A stretch of DNA of 62,323 nt, counting the filler, from Thermodesulfobacteriota bacterium (GTDB lineage: Bacteria; DASVDK01), in assembly GCA_036381125.1 (NCBI GenBank). It is 4 parts of 4 records of this genome, joined end to end, with 100 filler letters (N's around TTAATTAATTAA, not from the genome) between each part and the next. Parts side by side here need not be neighbours in the genome. Positions count along the whole stretch, not along the records: positions 32,033 to 45,082 come from DASVDK010000202.1; positions 45,183 to 62,323 come from DASVDK010000203.1; 2 more parts are not named here. The stretch is one strand, 5' to 3'. Positions 39,349-48,209 of the stretch are shown in pieces. Within the stretch, counting starts at the first letter, position 1. Each line of letters starts with the position of its first letter. Position numbers and translations under genes: made by a program. The notes beneath the pieces are model-generated. The model did no database searches and was not told where the DNA came from. It was given only the letters and a program-made list of their open reading frames with translations.

Positions 39349-39552
39349 ATGACGGCGGCGATGGCGCTCTGGGGCCGGTCGGTCGCGAGGCTCGGTGCCG
39401 AGAGGACCATGCCCTACGTGTACCTCGAGCCGGTCTCGGCGGTGCTGCTCGCGGCGCTCGTCCTGGGGGAGTCGCCCGGGTGGTCGGCCGCGGCGGGCGG
39501 CGTGCTCGCGCTGGCGGGCGTGTGGCTCACGGAGCGGACTCGATCCGCCTGA
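39349..39552 (+). pseudogene. EamA/DMT transporter C-terminal remnant
   Basis: LWGRSVARLGAERT...YLEPVSAVLLAALVLGE...GGVLALAGV; only ~67 aa. Confidence 0.65.
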
Positions 39553-39882
39553 CCGCCTCGAACTCCCGCAGGATCTCCTCCCGCTCGGCCGAATCGAGGT
39601 TCGCGCCGGGCCGGCGCCTCAGCACCTCGTCCACGGCGGCCCGATACGAGAGGCCCCGGTGGATCAGGTACGCGGCCAGCATGACGCCGGTGCGGCCGCC
39701 GCCGTACTGGCAGTGCACGGCCACGGCGCCGCCCCTGGACGCCTCGCCGTCGACGAAGGCGCAGAACGCCTCGAGCTGTGCGAGGGAGGGAGCGCCGAGA
39801 GGTCCTCGTCGAGCGGTGCGCGCCGGCCCGGCCTGGCCATGCCGCCGAGGCACCGTTCGATCACCCAGGAGAAGGAGTCCAT
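39527..39882 (-). pseudogene. Dual-specificity protein phosphatase with frameshift/internal deletion
   Basis: MDSFSWVIERCLGGMARPG...DEDL in one frame; APSLAQL...VHCQYGGGRTG (CX5R) in another; junction near 39798. Confidence 0.7.
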
Positions 39883-40047
39883 GCTCCATTCTACCCGCCG
39901 CCCGAGCCGTCACGCGCCGGACGGCACGTTGCAGTCAGCCGCCTCCGTTGCGCCCCGCGGGCAGCTCTGCTCGTCCCGGTTGCCGCCGCTCGCCCGGGCG
40001 CGGTACAGTCGTCGAAATCAGCGATTCCAGAGGAGGCGAGAGCCGCG

Positions 40048-41439
40048 ATGGCCGTCAGCACGCTCTATCCCCGGCCGGACGTGAAGGAACTCCTCGAGGC
40101 CGACCGGAAGCACCTGATCCACCCCCTGCTCCATCCGGAGGACCACCGGGACCCCCTCATCTTCGTCAAGGGCGAGGGCGCGACCCTGATCGACGCCTCG
40201 GGGACGCGATACATCGACGGCCTCTCGTGCCTCTGGAACGTCAACATCGGGCATGGCCGCCGGGAGCTGGCCGACGCGGCCCACGCGCAGATGACCTCGC
40301 TCGAGTACGCGAGCTGCTACACCGGCTCGTCGAACGTCCCGGCCATCGAGCTCGCGGCGAAGATCGTCGAGCACGCCTACCCCTCCTCGGCCGCGGTCTT
40401 CTTCACGAGCGGCGGCGCGGAGTCCAACGAGAGCGCCCTCAAGACGGCCCGCTTCTACCACAAGGCGCGCGGCAACCCGAACAAGACGAAGTTCATCGCG
40501 CGCACGCTCGGCTACCACGGCATCACCTTCGGCGCCATGAGCGCGACCGGCCTGGCCGCCTACTGGAAGATGTTCGAGCCGCGCATGCCGGGCTTCTTCC
40601 ACGCGCCGGCGCCCTACCCGTACCGCTACGAGGGGCACCCGCCCTTCGACCAGGTGGGCCGCCTCGCCGCCGAGGCGATCGAGAAGCTGATCCTCCAGGA
40701 GGGCCCCGAGACGGTCGCGGCGGTCATCGGCGAGCCGATCCAGGGGGCGGGCGGCGTCATCGTGCCGCCGGCCGACTACTGGCCGCGGGTGCGCGCGATC
40801 TGCGACAAGTACGACGTCCTCCTCATCGCCGACGAGGTGATCACCGGCTTCTGCCGCACCGGCAAGTGGTTCGCCATGGGCCACTGGGGCGTCGAGCCGG
40901 ACATCGTCTCCTTCGCGAAGGGGGTCACGTCGGGCTACTTCCCGCTCGGCGGCATCATCGTCAACAGGCGGATCCACGAGACGATGCTGAACGTGAAGTG
41001 GGAGGACCGGTGGATGCACGCCTACACGTACAGCGGGCACCCCACCGGCTGCGCCATCGGCCTCGCGAACCTGAAGATCATGGAGGACGAGCGCCTCGAC
41101 GAGCGGGCGGCCAGGCTCGGCGCCCGGCTCCACGAGGGGCTCGAGAGCCTGGCCAGCCTCGAATGGGTGGGCGACGTCCGGGGAGGCCTGGGGCTGCTCG
41201 CGGCGGTCGAGATCGTGAAGGACAAGGCGACGCGCGGCGACTTCCCGGCCGCCTGGAAGGTGGGCGACCACGTCAAGGCGCAGATGAAGGCGCGCGGGCT
41301 CGTCAGCCGCTCGGTGCGCGACGTCATCTGCTTCGCGCCGCCCCTCACGGCCACCGAGCAGGAGATCGACCGCATCGTCGAGATCATGCGCGAGGCCATC
41401 CCCGCCGGCGTCGAGGCCGCGAAGGCCGCCGCCCGCTAG
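40048..41439 (+). CDS. Class III (omega-amino acid) aminotransferase
   Basis: YIDGLSCLWNVNIGHG, SGGAESNE, EPIQGAGG, DEVITGFCRTG, FAKGVTSGYFPLG; RBS AGGAGG. Confidence 0.93.
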   Translation: MAVSTLYPRPDVKELLEADRKHLIHPLLHPEDHRDPLIFVKGEGATLIDASGTRYIDGLSCLWNVNIGHGRRELADAAHAQMTSLEYASCYTGSSNVPAIELAAKIVEHAYPSSAAVFFTSGGAESNESALKTARFYHKARGNPNKTKFIARTLGYHGITFGAMSATGLAAYWKMFEPRMPGFFHAPAPYPYRYEGHPPFDQVGRLAAEAIEKLILQEGPETVAAVIGEPIQGAGGVIVPPADYWPRVRAICDKYDVLLIADEVITGFCRTGKWFAMGHWGVEPDIVSFAKGVTSGYFPLGGIIVNRRIHETMLNVKWEDRWMHAYTYSGHPTGCAIGLANLKIMEDERLDERAARLGARLHEGLESLASLEWVGDVRGGLGLLAAVEIVKDKATRGDFPAAWKVGDHVKAQMKARGLVSRSVRDVICFAPPLTATEQEIDRIVEIMREAIPAGVEAAKAAAR

Positions 41440-41470
41440 CTCCCCGACCGACCGTCGCGTCACTCCATCG

Positions 41471-41498
41471 GGCACCGCCGGCTCCGGCCGGCGGTGCC
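41471..41498 (+). terminator. GC-rich hairpin after the aminotransferase
   Basis: GGCACCGCCGGC-TCCG-GCCGGCGGTGCC is a perfect 12-bp stem; no U-tract. Confidence 0.5.
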
Positions 41499-41571
41499 TG
41501 GCCCGTGAATCCCCGCCAGCCAACGGCACCGCTCCTGCTTCCAGCGCTGCGGCAGCCTGGAGGTAGAGCGA

Positions 41572-42555
41572 ATGAACGCTCTCGTGACCGGAGCGAGCGG
41601 CTTCACCGGCAGTCACCTGACACGACACCTCGTTGCGACCGGATGGCACGTGCGCGCCCTCACGCGTCCCGGCGCCGACCTGCGCCCCCTTGCCGATCTC
41701 GGCGTCGAGCACGCCCGCCTCGACCTGGCCGACGACCGGCCGGCCGACGACGTCATGGCCGGCATCGACGTCGTCTTCCACGTCGCGGCCCTCTACCGCA
41801 CGGAGGGCGTGCCGAGGCGGCGGTTCTGGCAGGTGAACGTGGGGGGAACGCGCAAGCTCCTCGAGGCGGCCACGCGAGCCGGCGTGCGGCGCTTCGTCCA
41901 CGTGAGCACCGTGGGGGTCCAGGGGCACATCCGGCGGCCGCCCGCCACCGAGGAGGCCCCGTTCGGCCCGGGCGACCACTACCAGGAGTCGAAGCGGGAC
42001 GCCGAGGTCCTCGCCCGGGAGCACTTCGCCCGCACCGGACTGGCGGGCGTGGTGATCCGGCCGACGGCGATCTACGGGCCGGGCGACACGCGCCTCCTCA
42101 AGCTCTTCCGGCTGATCGACCGCGGCCGCTTCCTCATGCTCGGCCGCGGCGACCGCCTCTACCACATGGTCTACGTGGACGACCTGGTGAGCGGCCTCGC
42201 CCTCGCCGGCGTCCACCCCGGGGCGGCCGGACAGGTCTTCACGATCGGCGGGGCGGAGTACGTCACGCTCAACGACCTCGTGCGCCGGATCAGCGCCGTC
42301 CTCGGCCGGCCGGTGCCCCGCATGCGGGTCCCCGTGGCGCCGGTGCGGGCGATGGGCCTCCTCTGCGAGGTCGCCTGCCGGCCCCTCCGGATCGATCCGC
42401 CGATCTACCGCCGCCGCGTCGACTTCTTCACGAAGGACCGCGCGTTCGACATCCGCAAGGCGAGACGCCTGCTCGGGTACGAGCCGAAGGTCTCGCTCGA
42501 CGAGGGGCTCGCCCGCGCCGCCGCCTGGTACCGGGCCCGCGGATGGCTCCGCTGA
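41572..42555 (+). CDS. NAD-dependent epimerase/dehydratase (extended SDR)
   Basis: TGASGFTG, YQESK, RPTAIYGPGD. Confidence 0.9.
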   Translation: MNALVTGASGFTGSHLTRHLVATGWHVRALTRPGADLRPLADLGVEHARLDLADDRPADDVMAGIDVVFHVAALYRTEGVPRRRFWQVNVGGTRKLLEAATRAGVRRFVHVSTVGVQGHIRRPPATEEAPFGPGDHYQESKRDAEVLAREHFARTGLAGVVIRPTAIYGPGDTRLLKLFRLIDRGRFLMLGRGDRLYHMVYVDDLVSGLALAGVHPGAAGQVFTIGGAEYVTLNDLVRRISAVLGRPVPRMRVPVAPVRAMGLLCEVACRPLRIDPPIYRRRVDFFTKDRAFDIRKARRLLGYEPKVSLDEGLARAAAWYRARGWLR

Positions 42556-42618
42556 CCGGACGGTCCGTGCCCGCGCGGCGGCTTGCCAAGGACGGCGCGC
42601 GCTGACAGACTGGCCGCG

Positions 42619-43860
42619 ATGCGCACGTCTCTCGTCCCCATCCTGCTCGCGGTCCTGCTCACGGCGTGGCCCCTGCCACAGCCCCCCGGGGGCGCGCACG
42701 CAGCCGCAGCCCCCGCCTCGGAGGCCAGCCCCTGGGCGGACGACTTCGACGCCGTCTGGCGAATCACCGGCGAGCGCTTCTTCGATCCCGACATGCGAGG
42801 GGTCGACTGGAACGCCGCGCGGGCGCGCTACGCGGAGCGCGCCGCGGCAGCGCCCGACCTCGCCACCTTCGCCGAGGTCGTCAACGAGATGCTCGGAGAG
42901 CTGAGGAGCTCGCACACCCGGCTCTACACCGATCGCGACCCGGAGTACTACTTCCTGCGCGCGGTCTTCCGCGACGCCTTCCGCACGCCGCCGCCCGAGT
43001 GGGACGACGCCGGCCTGGTCACCGTGACGACGCCGCAGGGGACGTTCGTCCGCGACCTTCTCGACGGCGGCCCCGCGGCAAAGGCGGGGCTGCGAGTGGG
43101 CGACCGCCTGCTCGGCCACTTCCACCCGGTCGAGACGTTCGAGGGCCGCTCCGGCCGGCCGGTGACCCTTGCCGTCCAGTCGGAGCCGGGCGGCCCCTCG
43201 CGTCGCGTGGACGTCTTCCCGCGCCGCGTGGGCGCCCAGCGCGCCTATCTGGAGGCCACGCAGGCAAGCATCCGCCGCATCCCCCTGCCGGGCGGCCGGG
43301 GCGAGGCGGGATACATCCGCCTCTGGGCGCTCACCCACCCGCGGTTCCTCCAGGTGCTCGAGGACGCGCTGGCCGGCTTCGACGGCACCGCCGGGCTCGT
43401 CCTCGACCTGCGCGGCGGCTTCGGCGGGCGGAGCGAGGACTACCTCGACCTCTTCATGCGCAGCGGCACCGGCCGGATCGAGACGGTGGACCGCCGCGGC
43501 CGGCGGCGGCCGTTCTTCGTGGGGTGGGACAGGCCGATCGTCGTGCTCGTCGACGGCGGGACGCGGAGCGCCAAGGAGCTCCTCGCCTGGTCGCTCGCCC
43601 GGGCGGGGCGCGCCCGGCTGGTCGGTACGCGCACGGCGGGCGCCGTGCTCGCCTCTCGCGCCTTCCCGATCGGCCGGAACGCACTCCTTCTCGTGGCCGT
43701 CACCGACCTCCTCGCCGACGGCGTTCGGCTCGAGGGGCGCGGAATCGAGCCGCACGTGGTGGTCGAGGCCCCGCTCCCCTACCGCGGGGGCGCCGACCCG
43801 CAGCTCGATCGCGCGCTCGACGAGCTGGCGGCCATGGCGGCCCCGCGCGAGGGCGGCTAG
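42619..43860 (+). CDS. S41 family peptidase with PDZ domain, secreted
   Basis: Signal peptide; GPAAKAGLRVGD, VLDLRGGFGG, TRSAKE, GTRTAG, EGRGIEPHV. Confidence 0.85.
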   Translation: MRTSLVPILLAVLLTAWPLPQPPGGAHAAAAPASEASPWADDFDAVWRITGERFFDPDMRGVDWNAARARYAERAAAAPDLATFAEVVNEMLGELRSSHTRLYTDRDPEYYFLRAVFRDAFRTPPPEWDDAGLVTVTTPQGTFVRDLLDGGPAAKAGLRVGDRLLGHFHPVETFEGRSGRPVTLAVQSEPGGPSRRVDVFPRRVGAQRAYLEATQASIRRIPLPGGRGEAGYIRLWALTHPRFLQVLEDALAGFDGTAGLVLDLRGGFGGRSEDYLDLFMRSGTGRIETVDRRGRRRPFFVGWDRPIVVLVDGGTRSAKELLAWSLARAGRARLVGTRTAGAVLASRAFPIGRNALLLVAVTDLLADGVRLEGRGIEPHVVVEAPLPYRGGADPQLDRALDELAAMAAPREGG

Positions 43861-43927
43861 GGCGGATCCCGCGGGGCGAGGGGCGGGGCGGGTCGGCTCC
43901 TGCCCGTGGAGAACGAGCGGGGAAGGT

Positions 43928-44419
43928 CTAGGGCTCGAGCGTGATCTCGAGGGGTGGGCTCTCGAGCTGCCGCCCGCGCAGCGGGACGAGGCCGCGCGCG
44001 GCGTACCGGCCGGGCGGCACCGGCTGGCCGGCGGTGTCGGTGCCGCGCCAGGTCTCGCGGTGGACGAGCCGCTCGCCCGGGGGGACCTCGATCTCCTGGA
44101 GCGCCTGGGCGAAGACCGCTCCGGTCGCGGCCGACCACCGCCACACCTCGCGCCCCTCGCGGCTCACCGTGAAGTCGTAGCGCTGCGCGCTCGGGTGGAC
44201 GAGCCGTACCGGCGTCTGGCCGCGGTTTTCCACGAAGAGGACGAGCGTGACCGGCTCGCCCACGCGGAACGCCGTCCGGTTCGGCCCGGAGCCGCCCTCC
44301 ACGCCGAGTCCCACGAGGAGGCGGTTCGTCGTTTCGGGGTCGGTCTCGGGAGTGGTGCCGCGGCCGGCGCAGCCCGCGGCGGCAAGGACGATGAGCAGGA
44401 GAGCGGCCGCACGTCGCAT
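43928..44419 (-). CDS. Lipoprotein with BsuPI-like proteinase inhibitor domain
   Basis: Lipobox AAGC; SAQRYDFTV..EGREVWRWS...FAQAL. Confidence 0.7.
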   Translation of the reverse strand: MRRAAALLLIVLAAAGCAGRGTTPETDPETTNRLLVGLGVEGGSGPNRTAFRVGEPVTLVLFVENRGQTPVRLVHPSAQRYDFTVSREGREVWRWSAATGAVFAQALQEIEVPPGERLVHRETWRGTDTAGQPVPPGRYAARGLVPLRGRQLESPPLEITLEP

Positions 44420-44451
44420 GCCCGAGGATAGCATTCCGCCGCCCGGGGAGC

Positions 44452-44793
44452 CTACGCGCCCTTCCCTTCCGGCTCGAGGTCCGGCCGCTCGGAGTCGAGC
44501 AGGACCTCGTGCACCTCGAGGACGTTCGGCCGGGCGAACGCCTCCTTCGGCAGCGTGCCGGAGCGCGCGTGCCCCTTCGTGAAGGCGTCGGAGGCGACCC
44601 ACGCCTCGAAGTCGGCCCGCGACCGCCAGGTCGTGAAGACGACGTACGGGTCCCCTTCCCGGGTCGGCCTGAGCAGGCGGTTCGACACGAAGCCGGGCAT
44701 CCCGTCGACGAGCCGCGCGCGGTTGCGGAAGTTCTCCTCGAACCGCTCGGCGAACTGCGGGTTCACGTAGATCCGGTTGGCCACGGTGATCAC
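44452..44793 (-). CDS. ABM-family heme-degrading monooxygenase (HmoA/IsdG/MhuD-like)
   Basis: VANRIYV...FEENF..R..LVDGMPGF...W.S..F..GH; RBS GGAGG; next to an iron/heme ABC ATPase. Confidence 0.75.
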   Translation of the reverse strand: MITVANRIYVNPQFAERFEENFRNRARLVDGMPGFVSNRLLRPTREGDPYVVFTTWRSRADFEAWVASDAFTKGHARSGTLPKEAFARPNVLEVHEVLLDSERPDLEPEGKGA

Positions 44794-44921
44794 GCGGTAG
44801 GCCCTCCTTCCGTCTCGACACGCGAGAGCCTGGGCGCCGGCAACGCGCGTGCCGCGGTCCGGTCGCCCTGCCGGGGGACGATCCCGTTCGACGCGCGTTC
44901 GTCGCGCCCCGGCGCGGACGG

Positions 44922-45082
44922 TCATCGCGCCCGGGGGGCCGCCTCGGTCTGGCCGACCACGCGGCCGATCGGGACGACGAGCGGCGCCCCGGAGACGGGA
45001 TCGACCAGGATCCGGCTCTCGACGCCGAAGGTCGTCCGGACCATCTCCACCGTCACGACCTGCCTGGCCGGCCCTTCGGCGA
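44922..45082 (-). CDS. Iron-chelate/heme ABC transporter ATPase, C-terminal fragment
   Basis: Manual translation AEGPARQVVTVEMVRTTFGVESRILVDPVSGAPLVVP resembles FecE/HmuV C-termini. Confidence 0.65.
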
Positions 45083-45182
45083 NNNNNNNNNNNNNNNNNN
45101 NNNNNNNNNNNNNNNNNNNNNNNNNNTTAATTAATTAANNNNNNNNNNNNNNNNNNNNNNNNNNNNNNNNNNNNNNNNNNNN
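45083..45182. other. Artificial contig linker
   Basis: N-run / TTAATTAATTAA / N-run. Confidence 0.98.
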
Positions 45183-45495
45183 CGAGCAGCACCAGGAGCG
45201 TCGAGCAGGTCATGATCCCCAGCCCGCCGAGCTGGATGAGCAGGAGGATCGTGGCCTGCCCGAGGCCGCTCCACCGGGTCGCGGTGTCCACCGAGGCGAG
45301 CCCCGTCACGCAGACGGCCGAGGTCGCCGTGAAGAGCGCGTCCACGAAGCCGACCGGCGGCGTCCCGGGCGCCGCCATGGCCGGCAGCATGAGGAGCGCC
45401 GTGCCGATCGCGACCGCGACGGCGAACGAGCCGAGCACGAGCTGTGCGGGCGAGATGCGCCTGAACAGTCGACGGACGGCGCGCGGGACCAGCAT
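45183..45495 (-). CDS. KtrB/TrkH subunit, 5' part (probably continues at 20351)
   Basis: MLVPR...SPAQLVLGSF...FTATSAVCVTGL...IQLGGLGIMT. Confidence 0.85.
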
Positions 45496-45503
45496 CGGAC
45501 CCC

Positions 45504-46877
45504 CTAGCCGACGATGACCGGGGCCTCGGAGTACTCGAAGCGGCCGCGCGTCGGCCGCGAGAGCCCGAGGGTGAGCGTGAGCGGCCCGACCCGCCCGACG
45601 TACATGGCGAGCGCGATCAGGACCTTGCCCGCGGCGGACAGCTCGGGGGTGACGCCGAGGGAGAGGCCGACGGTGCCGAGGGCGCTCACCGCCTCGAAGA
45701 GGAGGGCGAGGAAGAGGCTCCGGCGCGCGTCGGAGACCGGGCCGCGCGCCTCGGTGATCTGGAGCACCAGGGTGAGCAGGACGACCGTCGCGACCGCCGA
45801 GGCCGCGATCGTCACGCCGCGCGCCACCGCGTCGTGCGGCACGGCGCGCCGGAAGAGGTGCACCCGCTCCTCTCCCGCGAACTGGCTCCGGGCGAGCCCC
45901 CATACGATGGCGGCCGTCGTCACCTTGACCCCCCCGCCGGTCGAGCCGGGCGCGGCGCCGATGAACATGAGGACGATCGTGAAGAGGAGCGTCGGGTTGG
46001 AGAGCTGCGTGTAGTCCAGGGTCGAGAGCCCGGCGCTGCGGGGGGCGACCGCCTGGAACCAGGCGGCCATCACCTTCGCCGGCCAGGAGAGCCCGGACAG
46101 CGCGTGGCGCCACTCGAGCAGGGCGAAGCCGAGCGCGCCGACCGCCAGCAGGACGCCGCTCGTCGCGAGGACGACCTTCGTGTGGAGCGAGAGCCCCTTG
46201 GCGCCCCGCCCGGCGCCGCGCCGGTGCCAGAACTCGCCGATGACGAGGAAGCCGAGCCCGCCGAGGACGACGAGCGCGGTGACGACGACGTTCACGACCG
46301 GGTCCCCGACGTAGCGCGCCAGGCTGTCCGGGAAGAGCGCGAAGCCCGCCTGGTTGAACGCGGCGACCGCGTGGAAGAGGCCGAACCAGAGCGCCCGGCC
46401 GGGCGGCATCTCGAGGGCGAAGCGGGCCGCCAGGGCGGCCGCGCCGACCGCCTCGATGACGAGCGTCGACACGAAGACCGTCGCGACGAGCCGGCGCAGG
46501 TCGGCGGCCGACGCGCTGCCGAGCGTGTCCTGCAGGGTCATGCGCCCCCGCACCGAGAACCGCCCGCGCACGAGCAGCACCAGGAGCGTCGAGCAGGTCA
46601 TGATCCCCAGCCCGCCGAGCTGGACGAAGACGAGGATCGTCGCCTGTCCGAGGAGGCTCCAGCGGCTCGCGGTATCGACCGTGGTGAGACCGGTGATGCA
46701 GACCGCCGAGGCCGCCGTGAAGAAGGCATCCACGAAGCCGATCGGCGGCGTCCCGGGCGCCTCCATGCCGGGCAGGCTCAGCACGGCGGACGCGACGACG
46801 ACCGCGCCGGCGAAGGACAGGAGGACGAGCTGCGCCGGCGAGAGGCGGCGCACGAGCGCCGAGGGCGACACGCGCAT
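45504..46877 (-). CDS. KtrB/TrkH K+ uptake membrane subunit (second paralogue)
   Basis: SAVCITGL, AFNQAGF, APRSAGL, GSTGGGVK, SALGTVGLS. Confidence 0.92.
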   Translation of the reverse strand: MRVSPSALVRRLSPAQLVLLSFAGAVVVASAVLSLPGMEAPGTPPIGFVDAFFTAASAVCITGLTTVDTASRWSLLGQATILVFVQLGGLGIMTCSTLLVLLVRGRFSVRGRMTLQDTLGSASAADLRRLVATVFVSTLVIEAVGAAALAARFALEMPPGRALWFGLFHAVAAFNQAGFALFPDSLARYVGDPVVNVVVTALVVLGGLGFLVIGEFWHRRGAGRGAKGLSLHTKVVLATSGVLLAVGALGFALLEWRHALSGLSWPAKVMAAWFQAVAPRSAGLSTLDYTQLSNPTLLFTIVLMFIGAAPGSTGGGVKVTTAAIVWGLARSQFAGEERVHLFRRAVPHDAVARGVTIAASAVATVVLLTLVLQITEARGPVSDARRSLFLALLFEAVSALGTVGLSLGVTPELSAAGKVLIALAMYVGRVGPLTLTLGLSRPTRGRFEYSEAPVIVG

Positions 46878-46880
46878 GGG

Positions 46881-48209
46881 TCAGCGGCCGGCCCCCACCA
46901 CGCCCCGGACGAGCGGTCGCGGGGCCACCGTCGCGCCCGGCGGGGCGAGTTCGAACGCCGCGCCGACCTCGCGCGCGGCCGCCGCGGCCGCGGCCTCGTT
47001 GCCGGCGTAGACGCGTGCGAGCGGCATCGCGGCCCGCACCGGGTCCCCCCGCCGTGCGGCGAGCACCACCCCCACGCCCGGGTCCACCGCGTGCTCGGCG
47101 CGCGCCCGCCCCGCGCCGAGCCGCATGACCGCCTGCCCCACGGCGAAGGCGTCGATGCCGGCCACGACGCCGTCGCGCGGCGCCGGCACCGGCAGCTCCA
47201 CCGGCCCGACCGGCAGGCGCCCGGGATCGTCGACGACCGCCGGGTCGCCCCCCTGGGCCTCCACGACGGCGCGGAACGTCTCGAGCCCCGCGCCGCGATC
47301 GAGGAGCTGCGCCAGGACGTCGGCCCCCTCGCCCGGGTCGGCGACCGCGCCGGCGAGCATGAGCATGAACCCGCCCAGGACCAGCGTCACCTCGCGCACG
47401 TCGTCGAGGCCCGGCCCCCGCTCGCCGCGCAGGACGTGGATCGCCTCGGCCGTCTCGAGGGCGTTGCCGACCGCGAGCCCGAGGGGGTCCTCCATGTCGG
47501 TCAGGACCGCGACCGCCGGCAGGCCCGCCTCCCGGGCCGTCACCACGAGCGACTCGGCCAGCCGCCGCGCGTCGGCCTCCTCGCGCACGAAGGCGCCGCG
47601 CCCCACCTTCACGTCGAGCACCAGCGCGTCGATCCCCTCGGCCAGCTTCTTCGAGAGGATGGAGGCGGTGATGAGGGGGATGCTCTCGACCGTGGCCGTC
47701 ACGTCGCGCAGCGCGTAGAGCCGCCGGTCGGCCGGCGCCATCTCCGCCGTCTGGCCGATCAGGGCGCAGCGCAGCCGCGCCGTCTGCTCGACGAACCGCT
47801 CGATCGGCAGGTCCGTGCGGAACCCCGGGATCGCCTCGAGCTTGTCGAGCGTGCCGCCGGTATGGCCGAGGCCGCGCCCCGACACCATCGGCACCGGCAC
47901 GCCGGCCGCGGCCACGAGCGGGGCGAGGACGAGGCTCACCTTGTCGCCCACGCCGCCGGTCGAGTGCTTGTCCACCTTGGGGCCCGGGACGGCGGACAGG
48001 TCGACCACGCGGCCCGAGTCGCGCATGACCCGGGTGAGGGCGGCCGTCTCCTCCGGGTCCATGCCGCGCCAGACGACCGCCATCAGGAAGGCCGCCATCT
48101 GGTAGTCCGCCACGCGGCCGTCCAGGAGGCCCTCCACCAGGAACGCGATCTCCGCCTCCGTGAGCCGGCCGCCGTCGCGCTTCTTGCGGATGAGGTCCAC
48201 CGCTCTCAC
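46881..48209 (-). CDS. pdp: Pyrimidine-nucleoside/thymidine phosphorylase
   Basis: IRKKRDG, VDKHSTGGVGDK, SGRGLGHTGGTLDKLE. Confidence 0.93.
   Translation of the reverse strand: MRAVDLIRKKRDGGRLTEAEIAFLVEGLLDGRVADYQMAAFLMAVVWRGMDPEETAALTRVMRDSGRVVDLSAVPGPKVDKHSTGGVGDKVSLVLAPLVAAAGVPVPMVSGRGLGHTGGTLDKLEAIPGFRTDLPIERFVEQTARLRCALIGQTAEMAPADRRLYALRDVTATVESIPLITASILSKKLAEGIDALVLDVKVGRGAFVREEADARRLAESLVVTAREAGLPAVAVLTDMEDPLGLAVGNALETAEAIHVLRGERGPGLDDVREVTLVLGGFMLMLAGAVADPGEGADVLAQLLDRGAGLETFRAVVEAQGGDPAVVDDPGRLPVGPVELPVPAPRDGVVAGIDAFAVGQAVMRLGAGRARAEHAVDPGVGVVLAARRGDPVRAAMPLARVYAGNEAAAAAAAREVGAAFELAPPGATVAPRPLVRGVVGAGR

Noticed and set aside
39527..39882. Programmed frameshift in the phosphatase or the multicopper oxidase
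   Set aside because: Conserved segments are missing at the junctions and there is no slippery sequence, so deletion is the simpler explanation
20352..45182. TTAATTAATTAA motifs within N-runs as biological sites
   Set aside because: Three identical 100-bp artificial contig linkers; gene adjacency across them is meaningless
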